Below, piece after piece: positions 29,625 through 39,276 of a DNA stretch of 64,000 nucleotides (position 1 is its first letter; every line of letters begins with the position of its first letter). Origin of the DNA: an uncultured Bacilli bacterium (GTDB taxonomy: Bacteria > Bacillota_I > Bacilli_A > RF39 > UBA660); assembly GCA_934167485.1 (NCBI GenBank), contig CAKPKL010000006.1, positions 41,466 through 105,465 of the forward strand, read 5' to 3'. The position numbers were made by a program, and so were the translations under genes. The notes under the pieces are model-generated. The model did not search any database, had not been told where the DNA came from, and saw only the letters and a list, made by a program, of their open reading frames with translations.

Positions 29625-29780
29625 GTATTTAGCGCCAGACCCACAGGGTTAACGAGGATAACAATTATCGAATATTCGGCGGATGTTGTTACGGAATGTG
29701 TATTCGTAAGATATATTACAAAAATTAAAATCAAAATTATAACAAAGAATATATCACACACTTGTTTTTGTTGTGGAAAG
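29625..29780 (+). promoter_or_regulatory. glmS ribozyme (GlcN6P-activated self-cleaving riboswitch)
   Basis: AGCGCCAGAC at 29631 (cleavage expected between A29631 and G29632). Core blocks AACGAGGA, UAUCGAAUAUUCGGCGGAUG and CGUAAG, directly upstream of glmS. The 3' bound is approximate. Confidence 0.85.
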
Positions 29781-29792
29781 AAGGAATTATAA

Positions 29793-31553
29793 ATGTGTGG
29801 TATTACCGGATATATAGGTAAAAATAATAAAGCAATTAAAGTTGTTATGGATGGATTAGAAGCTCTTGAATATAGAGGTTATGATTCAGCTGGAATTGCT
29901 TATATAAAAAATGATAAATTAAATATTATAAAAGAACAAGGGAAAATAATTAATCTAAAATCAAAATTAAATTTAAATGAAAAGTCTGATTTAGCAATTG
30001 GACATACTAGATGGGCAACTCATGGAAGTCCAAATAAAACAAATGCTCATCCTCATAAACAAGGAAAATTTACTATTGTACATAATGGTATTATTGAAAA
30101 TTATATTGAATTAAAACAAGAATTAATAAATAATGGATATAAATTTAAAAGTTCTACTGATACAGAAGTAGCTACAGCTTTTCTTGATTACTTATATAAG
30201 CAAGAAAAAGATATATTAAAAACGCTTGCTAAAGCTACTCAAATATTTAGAGGATCATACGCTTTAGGAATTATTTGTAGTGATGACTTAAATACTTTGT
30301 ATGCGCTTAGAAAAACAAGTCCATTAATTATAGCTAAAGGAAACTCTGAAAATTATATAGCATCCGATGTTCCTACTATATTAAAATATACAAATAAATA
30401 TATTTTATTAGATGATTTAGAGGTTGCTAAAATAACTAGTGATAGTATAACTATCTATAATAATAAATTAAAAGAAGTTAAAAAAGAGATTTTTGAATTT
30501 GAAGGTTCATATGAATCAAGTATGAAAAATGGATATGATCATTTTATGCTAAAAGAAATACATGAAGAACCTCTTGTATTCACAAATACTATGAATGCTT
30601 ATTTTGATGATGAATTTAAAAATATACCAGATTTATCTAAGTATAATAATATTCATATTGTAGCATGTGGTTCAGCATATCATGCAGGATTTGTTGGAGC
30701 TTATTTGATAGAAAAGTATGCTAGTATTCCTGTTTATGTTGAGGTAGCTAGTGAATATAGATATAAGAAAAATTTTTATGATAAAAAAACTCTAGTTATA
30801 TTTGTTTCACAATCAGGTGAAACTGCTGATACCCTAGCCTGTCTTAGAAAAGTTAAGGAGGATGGTATCGATACATTAAGTATTGTAAATGTTGTAGGTT
30901 CTAGTATTGCTAGAGAATCAAAATATGTAATGTATACTAAAGCTGGTTGTGAAATTGCTGTAGCAACTACTAAAGCTTATTTAGCTCAAGTAACTGTATT
31001 TGTAATTCTTACAATGTATTTAACAAATAACAAACATATAAGAGATATTGATATTATACCTAAATTAATTGATAAATTAATAAATATTGATTATAAAAGT
31101 ATAGCTAAAAGCATTTATAAGAATAAAAATATATTCTTTATAGGAAGAGGAATTGATTACTCGATTTGTATGGAAGGTTCATTAAAACTTAAAGAAATAT
31201 CATATATAAATAGTGTTGCTTATCAAGCTGGAGAATTAAAACATGGAACTATTTCACTTATAGAAAAAAATACACCTGTAATTGCTATATCTACAGATGA
31301 AAATTTAATAGAAAAAACTATTAGTAATATTAAAGAAGTGAAAGCAAGGGGTGCTAAAGTTATATTTGTTACATCTAGTAATATTCAAAGTGATTTTTAT
31401 GACTTTGATATTAGAATACCTAAAGTAAATGAATTGTTTGAATCAATTCTTACTGTAGTACCATTGCAATTACTAGCTTATGAAGTAGCAAAATTAAATA
31501 AATGTGATATTGATAAACCAAGAAATTTAGCTAAATCAGTTACTGTAGAATAA
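29793..31553 (+). CDS. glmS: Glutamine--fructose-6-phosphate aminotransferase GlmS
   Basis: 586 aa. N-terminal nucleophile MCGITGY. Two SIS domains (SQSGETADT). C-terminal DKPRNLAKSVTVE. Confidence 0.97.
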   Translation: MCGITGYIGKNNKAIKVVMDGLEALEYRGYDSAGIAYIKNDKLNIIKEQGKIINLKSKLNLNEKSDLAIGHTRWATHGSPNKTNAHPHKQGKFTIVHNGIIENYIELKQELINNGYKFKSSTDTEVATAFLDYLYKQEKDILKTLAKATQIFRGSYALGIICSDDLNTLYALRKTSPLIIAKGNSENYIASDVPTILKYTNKYILLDDLEVAKITSDSITIYNNKLKEVKKEIFEFEGSYESSMKNGYDHFMLKEIHEEPLVFTNTMNAYFDDEFKNIPDLSKYNNIHIVACGSAYHAGFVGAYLIEKYASIPVYVEVASEYRYKKNFYDKKTLVIFVSQSGETADTLACLRKVKEDGIDTLSIVNVVGSSIARESKYVMYTKAGCEIAVATTKAYLAQVTVFVILTMYLTNNKHIRDIDIIPKLIDKLINIDYKSIAKSIYKNKNIFFIGRGIDYSICMEGSLKLKEISYINSVAYQAGELKHGTISLIEKNTPVIAISTDENLIEKTISNIKEVKARGAKVIFVTSSNIQSDFYDFDIRIPKVNELFESILTVVPLQLLAYEVAKLNKCDIDKPRNLAKSVTVE

Positions 31554-31560
31554 AAAGCAA

Positions 31561-31590
31561 AAAAAGATTGAATTATCAATCCTTTTTTTT
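31561..31590. terminator. Bidirectional terminator between glmS and the methyltransferase gene
   Basis: A-run, GATTGA-ATTA-TCAATC hairpin, then a T9 run. The stem is short (6 bp) and AT-rich. Confidence 0.5.
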
Positions 31591-32163
31591 TGATATAGCT
31601 ACGCCATCTCCAAGACTATAAAATGTAGTCTCATACTTTTTATTTTCCTTTAAATATTCTATGTAATTTCTAATTTTTCTTACTAATTGTTTAGTATTCC
31701 TATTTGTAGTTTTAGAGTCATCTTCTACCAAACCATGAAAAGACAAATTATCTGTAACAATTACCCCTTTATTATTTAAATTATTTTCAAATTTTTCAAA
31801 AAATTTAATATACTGACTTTTGGCTGCATCTATAAATATTAAATCATATTTGCCTGTTACATCTATATCTAAAGCATCTCCTAATATTATATTAATTCTA
31901 TCATTTAATTTAAATTTACTTATATTCTTAATAGCTTCTCTATATCTTATTTTATCTCTTTCTATAGTTGTTACTCTAATATCTTTATTTACTAAAGCCA
32001 TTTTTATTGAAGAATAACCAATAGCACTTCCTATTTCTAATATATTTTTTATATTGTTTTCTTTTATATATTTTGTTAAAAATTTAATACCATCTTTTTG
32101 CATTATTGGAATATTATTTTTATGAGCAAAGTACTCAAGCATCATTAATCGTAAGTATACCAT
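31576..32163 (-). CDS. Class I SAM-dependent O-methyltransferase, YrrM/TrmR-like
   Basis: 195 aa. SAM motif ILEIGSAIGYS and DLIFIDAAK. It sits next to mltG as yrrM does in B. subtilis. The N-terminus is shorter than I recall for YrrM, and the start is uncertain (19-nt overlap with mltG). Confidence 0.75.
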   Translation of the reverse strand: MVYLRLMMLEYFAHKNNIPIMQKDGIKFLTKYIKENNIKNILEIGSAIGYSSIKMALVNKDIRVTTIERDKIRYREAIKNISKFKLNDRINIILGDALDIDVTGKYDLIFIDAAKSQYIKFFEKFENNLNNKGVIVTDNLSFHGLVEDDSKTTNRNTKQLVRKIRNYIEYLKENKKYETTFYSLGDGVAISKKKD

Positions 32164-33227
32164 AATCCAGCCTTTATAAGTTCATCTCTCATAGCTTGAT
32201 GTTCTTGATATGTATTTGTAAAATATGTTTTACCATTTTTATCACTCACAAAATATAAATATTCATTACTCTCAGGATATAATACTGCTTTTATTGATTC
32301 AATACTAGGATTACAAATAGGTCCTACTGGTAATCTACCTGCTAAATAACTACTACGAGTATTATATGAATTTGCCTCATTCAATTCTGATGCATATAAA
32401 TCTCTCTCACTTAAATCAACTTTAGCACCATAATATGTAGTAACATCACTACCAAGTGCCATATTAGAATTAAGTCTATTATAGAATACTTGAGCAATCC
32501 CTGCTCTATCACTACTATTTTTACCCTCTAATTCAACTATGGATGCTAAAGTTAATAACTCATGTATAGAATATTTATTACTTAATAAATCTGTTTTATA
32601 TGGAGTAATTTTTTTATTCATATCATCTAGCATTACTTTAAAAATCTCTTCTACAGTAACATCTTTGTTTTTAAATTCATATGTGTTTGGATATAAATAA
32701 CCTTCTAATGAATAATAAATATTTGGATTTAATATTGAAGTATCTATAAACCAATAATTATTTATTATTTTATTTAAATATTCATTATTTTTTAATAGAT
32801 TATATACATCATCCTCTGTATTATTAGTAAACTGCGCTATTGTGCTTGCAATACTTCTTAAATTTTTTCCTTCTTTAAAAGTAATAACTATAGCATCTGG
32901 ATTATATTTATTTCCACTAGATAATATTTCAACTATATCTTTAGCACTCATATTTTTATTTAATTTATAAGTACCTGCTTCTAAATTATTTACTTTATTA
33001 AATCTGATATATAACTTAAAACATAGTTCATTTCTAATTAATCCTTTTTCTTTTAATTTTGGAATAATACTATAGTAAGTACTTCCACTATCTACCATAA
33101 ATTCAATTTCATTCGAATTACTACTAACTGCTTTTAAATTAACATTATAAAATATACAAAATCCAATAATTAATAATAAAACACCTATTATTACTAATAT
33201 TAGTATTTTACCCAATTTTTTTTTCAT
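32145..33227 (-). CDS. mltG: Endolytic murein transglycosylase MltG (YceG-like)
   Basis: 360 aa. N-terminal TM helix. ASIVELEG...YNRL...LGSDVTTYY...YNTR...GRLPVGPICNP are YceG-family motifs. Confidence 0.9.
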   Translation of the reverse strand: MKKKLGKILILVIIGVLLLIIGFCIFYNVNLKAVSSNSNEIEFMVDSGSTYYSIIPKLKEKGLIRNELCFKLYIRFNKVNNLEAGTYKLNKNMSAKDIVEILSSGNKYNPDAIVITFKEGKNLRSIASTIAQFTNNTEDDVYNLLKNNEYLNKIINNYWFIDTSILNPNIYYSLEGYLYPNTYEFKNKDVTVEEIFKVMLDDMNKKITPYKTDLLSNKYSIHELLTLASIVELEGKNSSDRAGIAQVFYNRLNSNMALGSDVTTYYGAKVDLSERDLYASELNEANSYNTRSSYLAGRLPVGPICNPSIESIKAVLYPESNEYLYFVSDKNGKTYFTNTYQEHQAMRDELIKAGLWYTYD

Positions 33228-33251
33228 AAAAGAAAAGAGTTATTCACTCTT

Positions 33252-33539
33252 TTAGCTTTCCTCACTCGCATTAGCAGTTTCGTTTTGTAATTCATCTAAA
33301 ATAGTTTCAATAATTTTCCACTCTTTTTCAGTTTCAATAGGAAGTAATTTTGTTTCATCTTGATCTGGATTATAGATTGATGCATAAACCTTAGTATTTC
33401 CTTCCTCATCTACTGTATTATCTGTGTAAACTATATAATTCTTTTTAGTTTCATCAGATTCAAATGTAAATAATACCTCACATTCTACTTCTTTTCCTTC
33501 ATCATTTATTACTTTAAAAGTCATTGTTTCTTCTTTCAT
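33252..33539 (-). CDS. DUF1292 protein (YrzB-like)
   Basis: 95 aa, acidic. EVECEVLFTFESDETKKNYIVYTDN...EKEWKIIETIL. Position between ruvX and mltG matches B. subtilis yrzB. Confidence 0.8.
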   Translation of the reverse strand: MKEETMTFKVINDEGKEVECEVLFTFESDETKKNYIVYTDNTVDEEGNTKVYASIYNPDQDETKLLPIETEKEWKIIETILDELQNETANASEES

Positions 33540-33964
33540 AATTTTCCTCCTTTTTCTCTATCTAAATATGTTTGAAGAATTATATTAGCAGCAAGCGAAT
33601 CTATCTTCTTTTTTCTCTTTTTTCTAGATACATCTGCTTGTAACATATAATTTGTAGCTTCTACTGTAGTTAATCTCTCATCTTGTAAAACAACTTCAAT
33701 ATTGAAATTATCAATTAACTTTTTTTGAAATTCTATAGTAGTCGCACATCTATCTCCCATTGTATTATTCATATTTTTTGGTAAACCCAAAACAATTTTA
33801 GAAATTTCATATTCATCTATTATATCTTTTATATCTGGAATTATAGAATCATAATCAGAATCATTAAATCTTATTGTTTTAAGTGCGGTTGCAATAGTCT
33901 TAGTAGTATCACTAATTGAAATACCCAAAGTTCGTGTACCTAAATCTAAACCTAAATATCTCAT
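33536..33964 (-). CDS. ruvX: Holliday-junction-resolvase-like putative pre-16S rRNA nuclease RuvX/YqgF
   Basis: 142 aa. YLGLDLGTRTLGISISD...VLGLPKNMNNT...DERLTTVEA. Confidence 0.92.
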   Translation of the reverse strand: MRYLGLDLGTRTLGISISDTTKTIATALKTIRFNDSDYDSIIPDIKDIIDEYEISKIVLGLPKNMNNTMGDRCATTIEFQKKLIDNFNIEVVLQDERLTTVEATNYMLQADVSRKKRKKKIDSLAANIILQTYLDREKGGKL

Positions 33965-34206
33965 TTATTATTTAAAAATTCCTCTACTAAAATTTCTAAT
34001 ACTTTAGTACGATCAAACTCAGTTATTTTACTCCTAGCTTCCTTATGATTTGAAATATATCCAGGATCACCACTCATTAAATAACCTACTATTTGATTAA
34101 CTGGGTTATAACCTCTCTCTTCAAGTATTGTAGCTACCTCTCTTACTACCCCTGAAACATATTCATTTTGGAATTCACTTGAATCATATATTTTTGTATC
34201 ATTCAT
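33961..34206 (-). CDS. ireB: IreB-family regulatory phosphoprotein (UPF0297/DUF965, YrzL-like)
   Basis: 81 aa. EERGYNPVNQIVGYLMSGDPGYISNHKEAR is the family signature. Confidence 0.88.
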   Translation of the reverse strand: MNDTKIYDSSEFQNEYVSGVVREVATILEERGYNPVNQIVGYLMSGDPGYISNHKEARSKITEFDRTKVLEILVEEFLNNK

Positions 34207-34297
34207 ACTATCACACTCTCTTCTATGAATATAACATTATTGTAACATGTTTTAAAAAATTTGTAAATAAAAAAGATTAATTAAATCAATCTTTATT

Positions 34298-35035
34298 TTA
34301 CATTCTTCTATAATGATCATGATCTTCTATATTAGTATCTTGGTTTAATGATTCTAAATATTTATTATACATAGCTTCCTCTTCTGAATTTGGTGGAAAT
34401 AAAGGTTCTTCATAATCATCATCCATATCATCATTAAATATCTGAAGTTGTTTTCCATCAATTATTTCTTGTTTTTTCTTTAACCTACTTTTTGTATATT
34501 CATCTATTAAAACGGCTAGTTTTCTACAATTGTTATAATTTATTTTACCTGTTTTAGAATACGCATACTTATCAAAAATATCATTTAATGCTTCATTTCT
34601 CATCGTATATGAATCATTATAAATATTATCACTATAATAATCTTTTACAAAAGTTTTTAAATCACAAATTGATTGATACATATTCTTATAAATAATAGAT
34701 CTATCTTTTTGTAATAATTTAATATATGCTTCTAAAAACTCTATATCATCTTTTACCAATACTTCTACACAATATTTCAAATTCCTATCCAAATATTTTT
34801 TTGCACTCTTATATATAATAGGAGAACGAAATACTTTTTGATTCCAAGTATGGACAATTTCGATTTTTTTAGCAAAATCAAGTTCATCAATTTTATTCTT
34901 TTGTATTAAATACTTTTTTAATTCTATTTCATTATTAAATTCAGATGTAAATTCATCTAATTTTTTCATTTCTGTTAAATTTAAATCAATTATATTTATA
35001 TTATTTCCTTTAGTGATTGCTATATAATATTTCAT
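34298..35035 (-). CDS. Hypothetical protein, no recognisable domain
   Basis: 245 aa ORF. GGTGGAAT RBS. Follows the preceding ORF by 7 nt. Acidic C-terminal tail (DDMDDDYEEPLFPPNSEEE). Confidence 0.6.
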   Translation of the reverse strand: MKYYIAITKGNNINIIDLNLTEMKKLDEFTSEFNNEIELKKYLIQKNKIDELDFAKKIEIVHTWNQKVFRSPIIYKSAKKYLDRNLKYCVEVLVKDDIEFLEAYIKLLQKDRSIIYKNMYQSICDLKTFVKDYYSDNIYNDSYTMRNEALNDIFDKYAYSKTGKINYNNCRKLAVLIDEYTKSRLKKKQEIIDGKQLQIFNDDMDDDYEEPLFPPNSEEEAMYNKYLESLNQDTNIEDHDHYRRM

Positions 35036-35042
35036 ATTCCAC

Positions 35043-35498
35043 CTACCTACTCTTATGTGAAGTTATTTCTTCTTCATATGCATATTCATCAGCATTTATT
35101 AACCTTGAATTTAATTCATATTCAAGTAATGATATTTTTTTAAGTAATATTTTTAAATATTTTTCATCTAAGTATTTTCTATATTTATATTCTACTATAT
35201 TTTTATATCTTGTTAAGTCATTTAATGCTTCTCTTATAGTATCACCTGATGTACCATCATCTGATTCTATAAATTTGATTATTAATTTTAAGTATAAATC
35301 TAATTTTCTTTTTATTTTTTTCTTTAATACTTTCTCTATCATAGATGGTTTTATTACAACCATTTTATTTACTTTTATGCCATCATATTTCACATTATTT
35401 CTTGGTAAAAATCCAAATCCATTTAATTTATCATAATCAAAACATACGATTTCATTATTTAAATTATTTTTAATTATACAATAATGTGTTTTTTTCAT
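35043..35498 (-). CDS. Hypothetical protein, no recognisable domain
   Basis: 151 aa ORF starting 4 nt after the trmD stop. Lys-rich, predicted helical C-terminal half. Weak RBS. Confidence 0.55.
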   Translation of the reverse strand: MKKTHYCIIKNNLNNEIVCFDYDKLNGFGFLPRNNVKYDGIKVNKMVVIKPSMIEKVLKKKIKRKLDLYLKLIIKFIESDDGTSGDTIREALNDLTRYKNIVEYKYRKYLDEKYLKILLKKISLLEYELNSRLINADEYAYEEEITSHKSR

Positions 35499-35502
35499 AA
35501 AA

Positions 35503-36171
35503 TCAGCTCTTTTCTAATAAATCTGGTCTTCTCTCTTTAGTTCTTTTTACCTGTTCTTCTCTTCTCCATTTATCTATATTAGCATGATGCCCTGATAGTA
35601 ATACATCAGGTACCTTCATACCTCTATATTCTACTGGATGAGTATAAACAGGATAATCGAGTAAATCATTATTAAACGAATCATTCTCATGAGATTCTTT
35701 TTCAATAACACCATCTATCAATCTGATAACACTATCGCTTATTGCCATAGCTGGAATCTCTCCACCTGTAAGCACAAAATCACCTATACTTACCTCAATG
35801 TCAGCAAGTGTTCTTATTCTCTCATCAAAACCTTCATAATGTCCACAAATAATTATTATGTGTTTTTTAAGCGCTAAATCATAAGCCATCTTTTGATTAT
35901 ATTTAACCCCTTGTGGAGTCATAAGTATAATACAAGAATCCTCGTCTTTAATAGCATCCACAGCATCAAATATTGGCTGTGGCATAAGTACCATGCCTGC
36001 ACCCCCACCATAACCATAATCATCTACTTTTTTATGAATATCCTTTGAATAATCTCTAATATTATATATATTTATTTCAACTTTATTTGAATCAATTGCT
36101 CGTTTTATAATTGATTCATTTATAAAACCACTAAACATATTTGGAAATAAAGTTAATATATCAATCTTCAT
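35503..36171 (-). CDS. trmD: tRNA (guanine37-N1)-methyltransferase TrmD
   Basis: 222 aa. ILTLFPNMF...DDYGYGGGAGMVL...CGHYEGFDERI...SIGDFVLTGGE. Confidence 0.96.
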   Translation of the reverse strand: MKIDILTLFPNMFSGFINESIIKRAIDSNKVEINIYNIRDYSKDIHKKVDDYGYGGGAGMVLMPQPIFDAVDAIKDEDSCIILMTPQGVKYNQKMAYDLALKKHIIIICGHYEGFDERIRTLADIEVSIGDFVLTGGEIPAMAISDSVIRLIDGVIEKESHENDSFNNDLLDYPVYTHPVEYRGMKVPDVLLSGHHANIDKWRREEQVKRTKERRPDLLEKS

Positions 36172-36646
36172 TATCTAAACCTCTTATATATTCTATTTCT
36201 ATTTTTGAATTACTTAAGTCAATATTTTTTACAAACTCATCTATATAAGGAACCATATGCTTTCTCTTACCATCTATAACTAATAGGTCATAATTATGTG
36301 TTTTTAATATATCAACTATTTTACCCTTATAGTTATCTTTATCATAAACAGATAGTCCTATTAAATCTTCATCTAAAACGCCTTTAAAATTATAATCGTT
36401 TCTATCTATAAAAACCTTGCTATTTTTCAAATCAATAACATCTTCTATTTTATTTAATCCTTCAAAAGTTACCATATCATAAATCTTATGTATTCTATAT
36501 GACTTAATAACATACTTTTTATCATCTATATATAAACAATTGCCTATTTTAAATACATCACTTTTATATTTGAAATCACTTATTATTCTTACTTCACCTT
36601 TTATTCCATGAGTATTAACAAGTTTACCTATACATATTAAATTCAT
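36161..36646 (-). CDS. rimM: 16S rRNA processing protein RimM
   Basis: 161 aa. IGKLVNTHGIKGEVRI N-terminal barrel and PRC-barrel C-terminus. Overlaps trmD by 11 nt. Confidence 0.9.
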   Translation of the reverse strand: MNLICIGKLVNTHGIKGEVRIISDFKYKSDVFKIGNCLYIDDKKYVIKSYRIHKIYDMVTFEGLNKIEDVIDLKNSKVFIDRNDYNFKGVLDEDLIGLSVYDKDNYKGKIVDILKTHNYDLLVIDGKRKHMVPYIDEFVKNIDLSNSKIEIEYIRGLDNED

Positions 36647-36653
36647 ATCACAC

Positions 36654-37379
36654 CTACTTATCTAACTCATACAAAATTATACTTGTGGCAACTCCCACAT
36701 TTAAACTCTCACAATTACTATTCATATCTATATAAATAAATTCATCACACATATTTAACAAAGTGTCTTTAACACCATTTCCTTCATTACCCATTATTAT
36801 AGCAAATTTTTTACTCTTTTCAACATTTTTTAAACTTTTTCCACCATTTACCTTTGTACCATATATTTTATAATTATTGTTTTTTAATTTTTTTATTATA
36901 TCTAATAAATCCATAACAACAATATTTATATGAAATAACATACCTTGTGTAGCTCTTATTACCTTAGGATTATACAAATCTACAGTATTCTTACTAAGTA
37001 TTATAGTATCTATATTAAAAGCTACTGAACTTCTAATAATAGTACCTAAATTACCTGGATCTTGTATATCATCTAAAAGAAGTACTTTATTACCTATTTC
37101 ATTTTCAGTTATTTTTTTACATATACCAATAACTTTAGGCGCACATTCTAATTGACTTATATATTTTAAAACATTATAAGTTACTATTGTTTTAGATATA
37201 TCAATATTAATATCAATATTTTCTTCTAATACAAGTTCTAATAAAAGTCCACTATTATAAGCCTCATAAATTAAGTGTTCCCCCTCAACTATAAATAAAT
37301 TAGATTCATCTCTATATTTTTTTGTATATAGTTTTTTTATATTCTTAATTTTTTTATTTTCTATAGAAGTAATAATCAT
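36654..37379 (-). CDS. TrmH/SpoU-family RNA 2'-O-methyltransferase
   Basis: 241 aa. DIQDPGNLGTIIRS, MGNEGNGV, ESLNVGVATSIILYE. Confidence 0.88.
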   Translation of the reverse strand: MIITSIENKKIKNIKKLYTKKYRDESNLFIVEGEHLIYEAYNSGLLLELVLEENIDINIDISKTIVTYNVLKYISQLECAPKVIGICKKITENEIGNKVLLLDDIQDPGNLGTIIRSSVAFNIDTIILSKNTVDLYNPKVIRATQGMLFHINIVVMDLLDIIKKLKNNNYKIYGTKVNGGKSLKNVEKSKKFAIIMGNEGNGVKDTLLNMCDEFIYIDMNSNCESLNVGVATSIILYELDK

Positions 37380-37451
37380 AATATCACCTCTTTAATTATA
37401 ACATAAACTTACATATAAATAAAAGATAATCAGTTAAGATTATCTAAAAAA

Positions 37452-37802
37452 TTAGTCCTTAGGTTGAAATATAAAAGATAAAACAAATGAAAATACAATA
37501 GCAGCTACAATACCTGAAGAAGTTAAATCAAACATACCCATAAACAAACCCATAACCCCAAAATTATTTACAGTATCCATAGCTCCATGCATTAACAAAT
37601 GTCCAAAAGAAGTAATTGGTACAAGTGCTCCTCCACCTGCCCAAAGAACAAATTTATCATATATATTAAAGGTATCTAAAAATGATCCTATTATTACAAA
37701 CATAGTAGTAATATGTCCTGGAGTTAATTTGGTATTATCTAAAATTATTTGACCTATAAGACATACTAAACCACAAAATATAAAGGAATTAAAATATATC
37801 AT
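37452..37802 (-). CDS. spoVAE: Stage V sporulation protein AE (SpoVAEB-type)
   Basis: 116 aa membrane protein. FIFCGLVCLIGQIILD...GGGALVPITSFGH. Its ATG overlaps the spoVAD TGA. Confidence 0.88.
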   Translation of the reverse strand: MIYFNSFIFCGLVCLIGQIILDNTKLTPGHITTMFVIIGSFLDTFNIYDKFVLWAGGGALVPITSFGHLLMHGAMDTVNNFGVMGLFMGMFDLTSSGIVAAIVFSFVLSFIFQPKD

Positions 37803-38785
37803 TTAGAAGCCTCCAAACTAATTGCATGAGCAATACTAGGTATTGATAAGTGTTGATTACACATGGTTTGATTCATAAGAGCGCCTGTTGCGACTAATAA
37901 TACTTTTTTTAACTTACCTTTTTTCATTTTATCTAATATATATGAATATGTAACAAGTGGAAGACATGCTATACCACTACCACCTTTATATACAGGTTGC
38001 TTATTTAAATCAAATATCATACATGCTGAATCATCATAGTTTTTTAAACTTATTTTATATTCTTCTTTGATGTATTCCTTTAGTATTTTTTTACCTATAA
38101 GACCTAAATCACCGGTTAAAACTAAATCATAATAATCAATAGTTCTTCCTGTATCTGATAGGTGATCACTTATTACCTTAGCAGCTGCAGGTGCCATAAC
38201 AGCTCCCATGTTAAATACATCTGTAACACCCATATCACAAACAGTACCTAAAGTTGCAGACTCTACCTTTATGCTTGAAGGAGTATTTGATAAAAAGCAA
38301 GAAGCACATCCAGTAGTTGTAAAAGTTGTATAATCCTTTTTAGGTCCACCATATTCAACAGGATTTCTAAATTGTTTCTCAGCACCATTATTATGAGAAG
38401 AAGATGTAACGAGCGCTGTTGCTATTTGTTTTGCCTCTATCATATTACTAGCAAGCATAAGACTAAGAGTACTAGAAGCACAAGCAGAATAAATACCAAT
38501 TAAAGGAATATTAATTTTAGCACTTGCATAATTAGTTGCTACTATTTGATTTAATAAATCTGATCCTATATGTACATCTGCTTTATTTATATTTTTCATT
38601 TTATTAAATAGAATATTTACACTTTCACAAATACAAGCACTTTCTGCTTGTTCCCAAGTTTTTTCATTAAAATATAGATCTTTATATGATTTATCAAAAT
38701 ATTTACTTAAAGGTCCTTTCCCTTCATATGGTCCAGTAACGGTGCTAACTTCATTTATATATACATTATTATATTTAAAAGTCAT
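37799..38785 (-). CDS. spoVAD: Stage V sporulation protein AD
   Basis: 328 aa, thiolase-like fold. GIYSACASS...GGSGIACLP. Lies between spoVAC and spoVAE. Confidence 0.92.
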   Translation of the reverse strand: MTFKYNNVYINEVSTVTGPYEGKGPLSKYFDKSYKDLYFNEKTWEQAESACICESVNILFNKMKNINKADVHIGSDLLNQIVATNYASAKINIPLIGIYSACASSTLSLMLASNMIEAKQIATALVTSSSHNNGAEKQFRNPVEYGGPKKDYTTFTTTGCASCFLSNTPSSIKVESATLGTVCDMGVTDVFNMGAVMAPAAAKVISDHLSDTGRTIDYYDLVLTGDLGLIGKKILKEYIKEEYKISLKNYDDSACMIFDLNKQPVYKGGSGIACLPLVTYSYILDKMKKGKLKKVLLVATGALMNQTMCNQHLSIPSIAHAISLEASK

Positions 38786-38786
38786 A

Positions 38787-39227
38787 TTAACCTCCCATCA
38801 CAAGAATTCTTAAAAGTCCAAAAATATAGGAACTTACTACACCAAATATAATAACAGAACCGGCTATTTTAAACATATTAGCACCAAGTCCTGTTACAAG
38901 GCCTTCTTTTCTATATTCTAAAGCTGCACTCATCATAGCATGAGCAAAACCTGTAATAGGCACTATTAAACCGCATTTAGCAAAATTAACCCATTTATCA
39001 AAAAAACCTAAACAAGTTAAAAAACATCCTGCAAATACTAAAGTAATAATCATAAATACGCTAGCATCCTTACTTGATAAATCAAAATAATATGAATAAG
39101 CATCAATCAAAAAATTACCAAGTACTCCCATAAGTCCACCAATTAAGAATGCTATAATCGCATTTCTAAGTCTTGGTTCACTAGGTGTATATTTATCTAC
39201 TATTTTTTTATACTTAGTTTTTTCCAT
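38787..39227 (-). CDS. spoVAC: Stage V sporulation protein AC
   Basis: 146 aa. PRLRNAIIAFLIGGLMGVLGNF...LIVPITGFAHAM. Confidence 0.92.
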   Translation of the reverse strand: MEKTKYKKIVDKYTPSEPRLRNAIIAFLIGGLMGVLGNFLIDAYSYYFDLSSKDASVFMIITLVFAGCFLTCLGFFDKWVNFAKCGLIVPITGFAHAMMSAALEYRKEGLVTGLGANMFKIAGSVIIFGVVSSYIFGLLRILVMGG

Positions 39228-39246
39228 AAAAAAATCCTCCCACTTT

Positions 39247-39276
39247 TATTATGGAAAGATTTTACATATATATTCA
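39247..39276 (-). promoter_or_regulatory. Forespore sigma-G type promoter of the spoVA operon
   Basis: Minus strand TGAATA (39276..39271), 17 nt spacer, CATAATA (39253..39247), ~20 nt before the spoVAC ATG. It fits GHATR-N17-CATNNTA. The -35 abuts the stop codon of the pilin-like gene. Confidence 0.55.
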
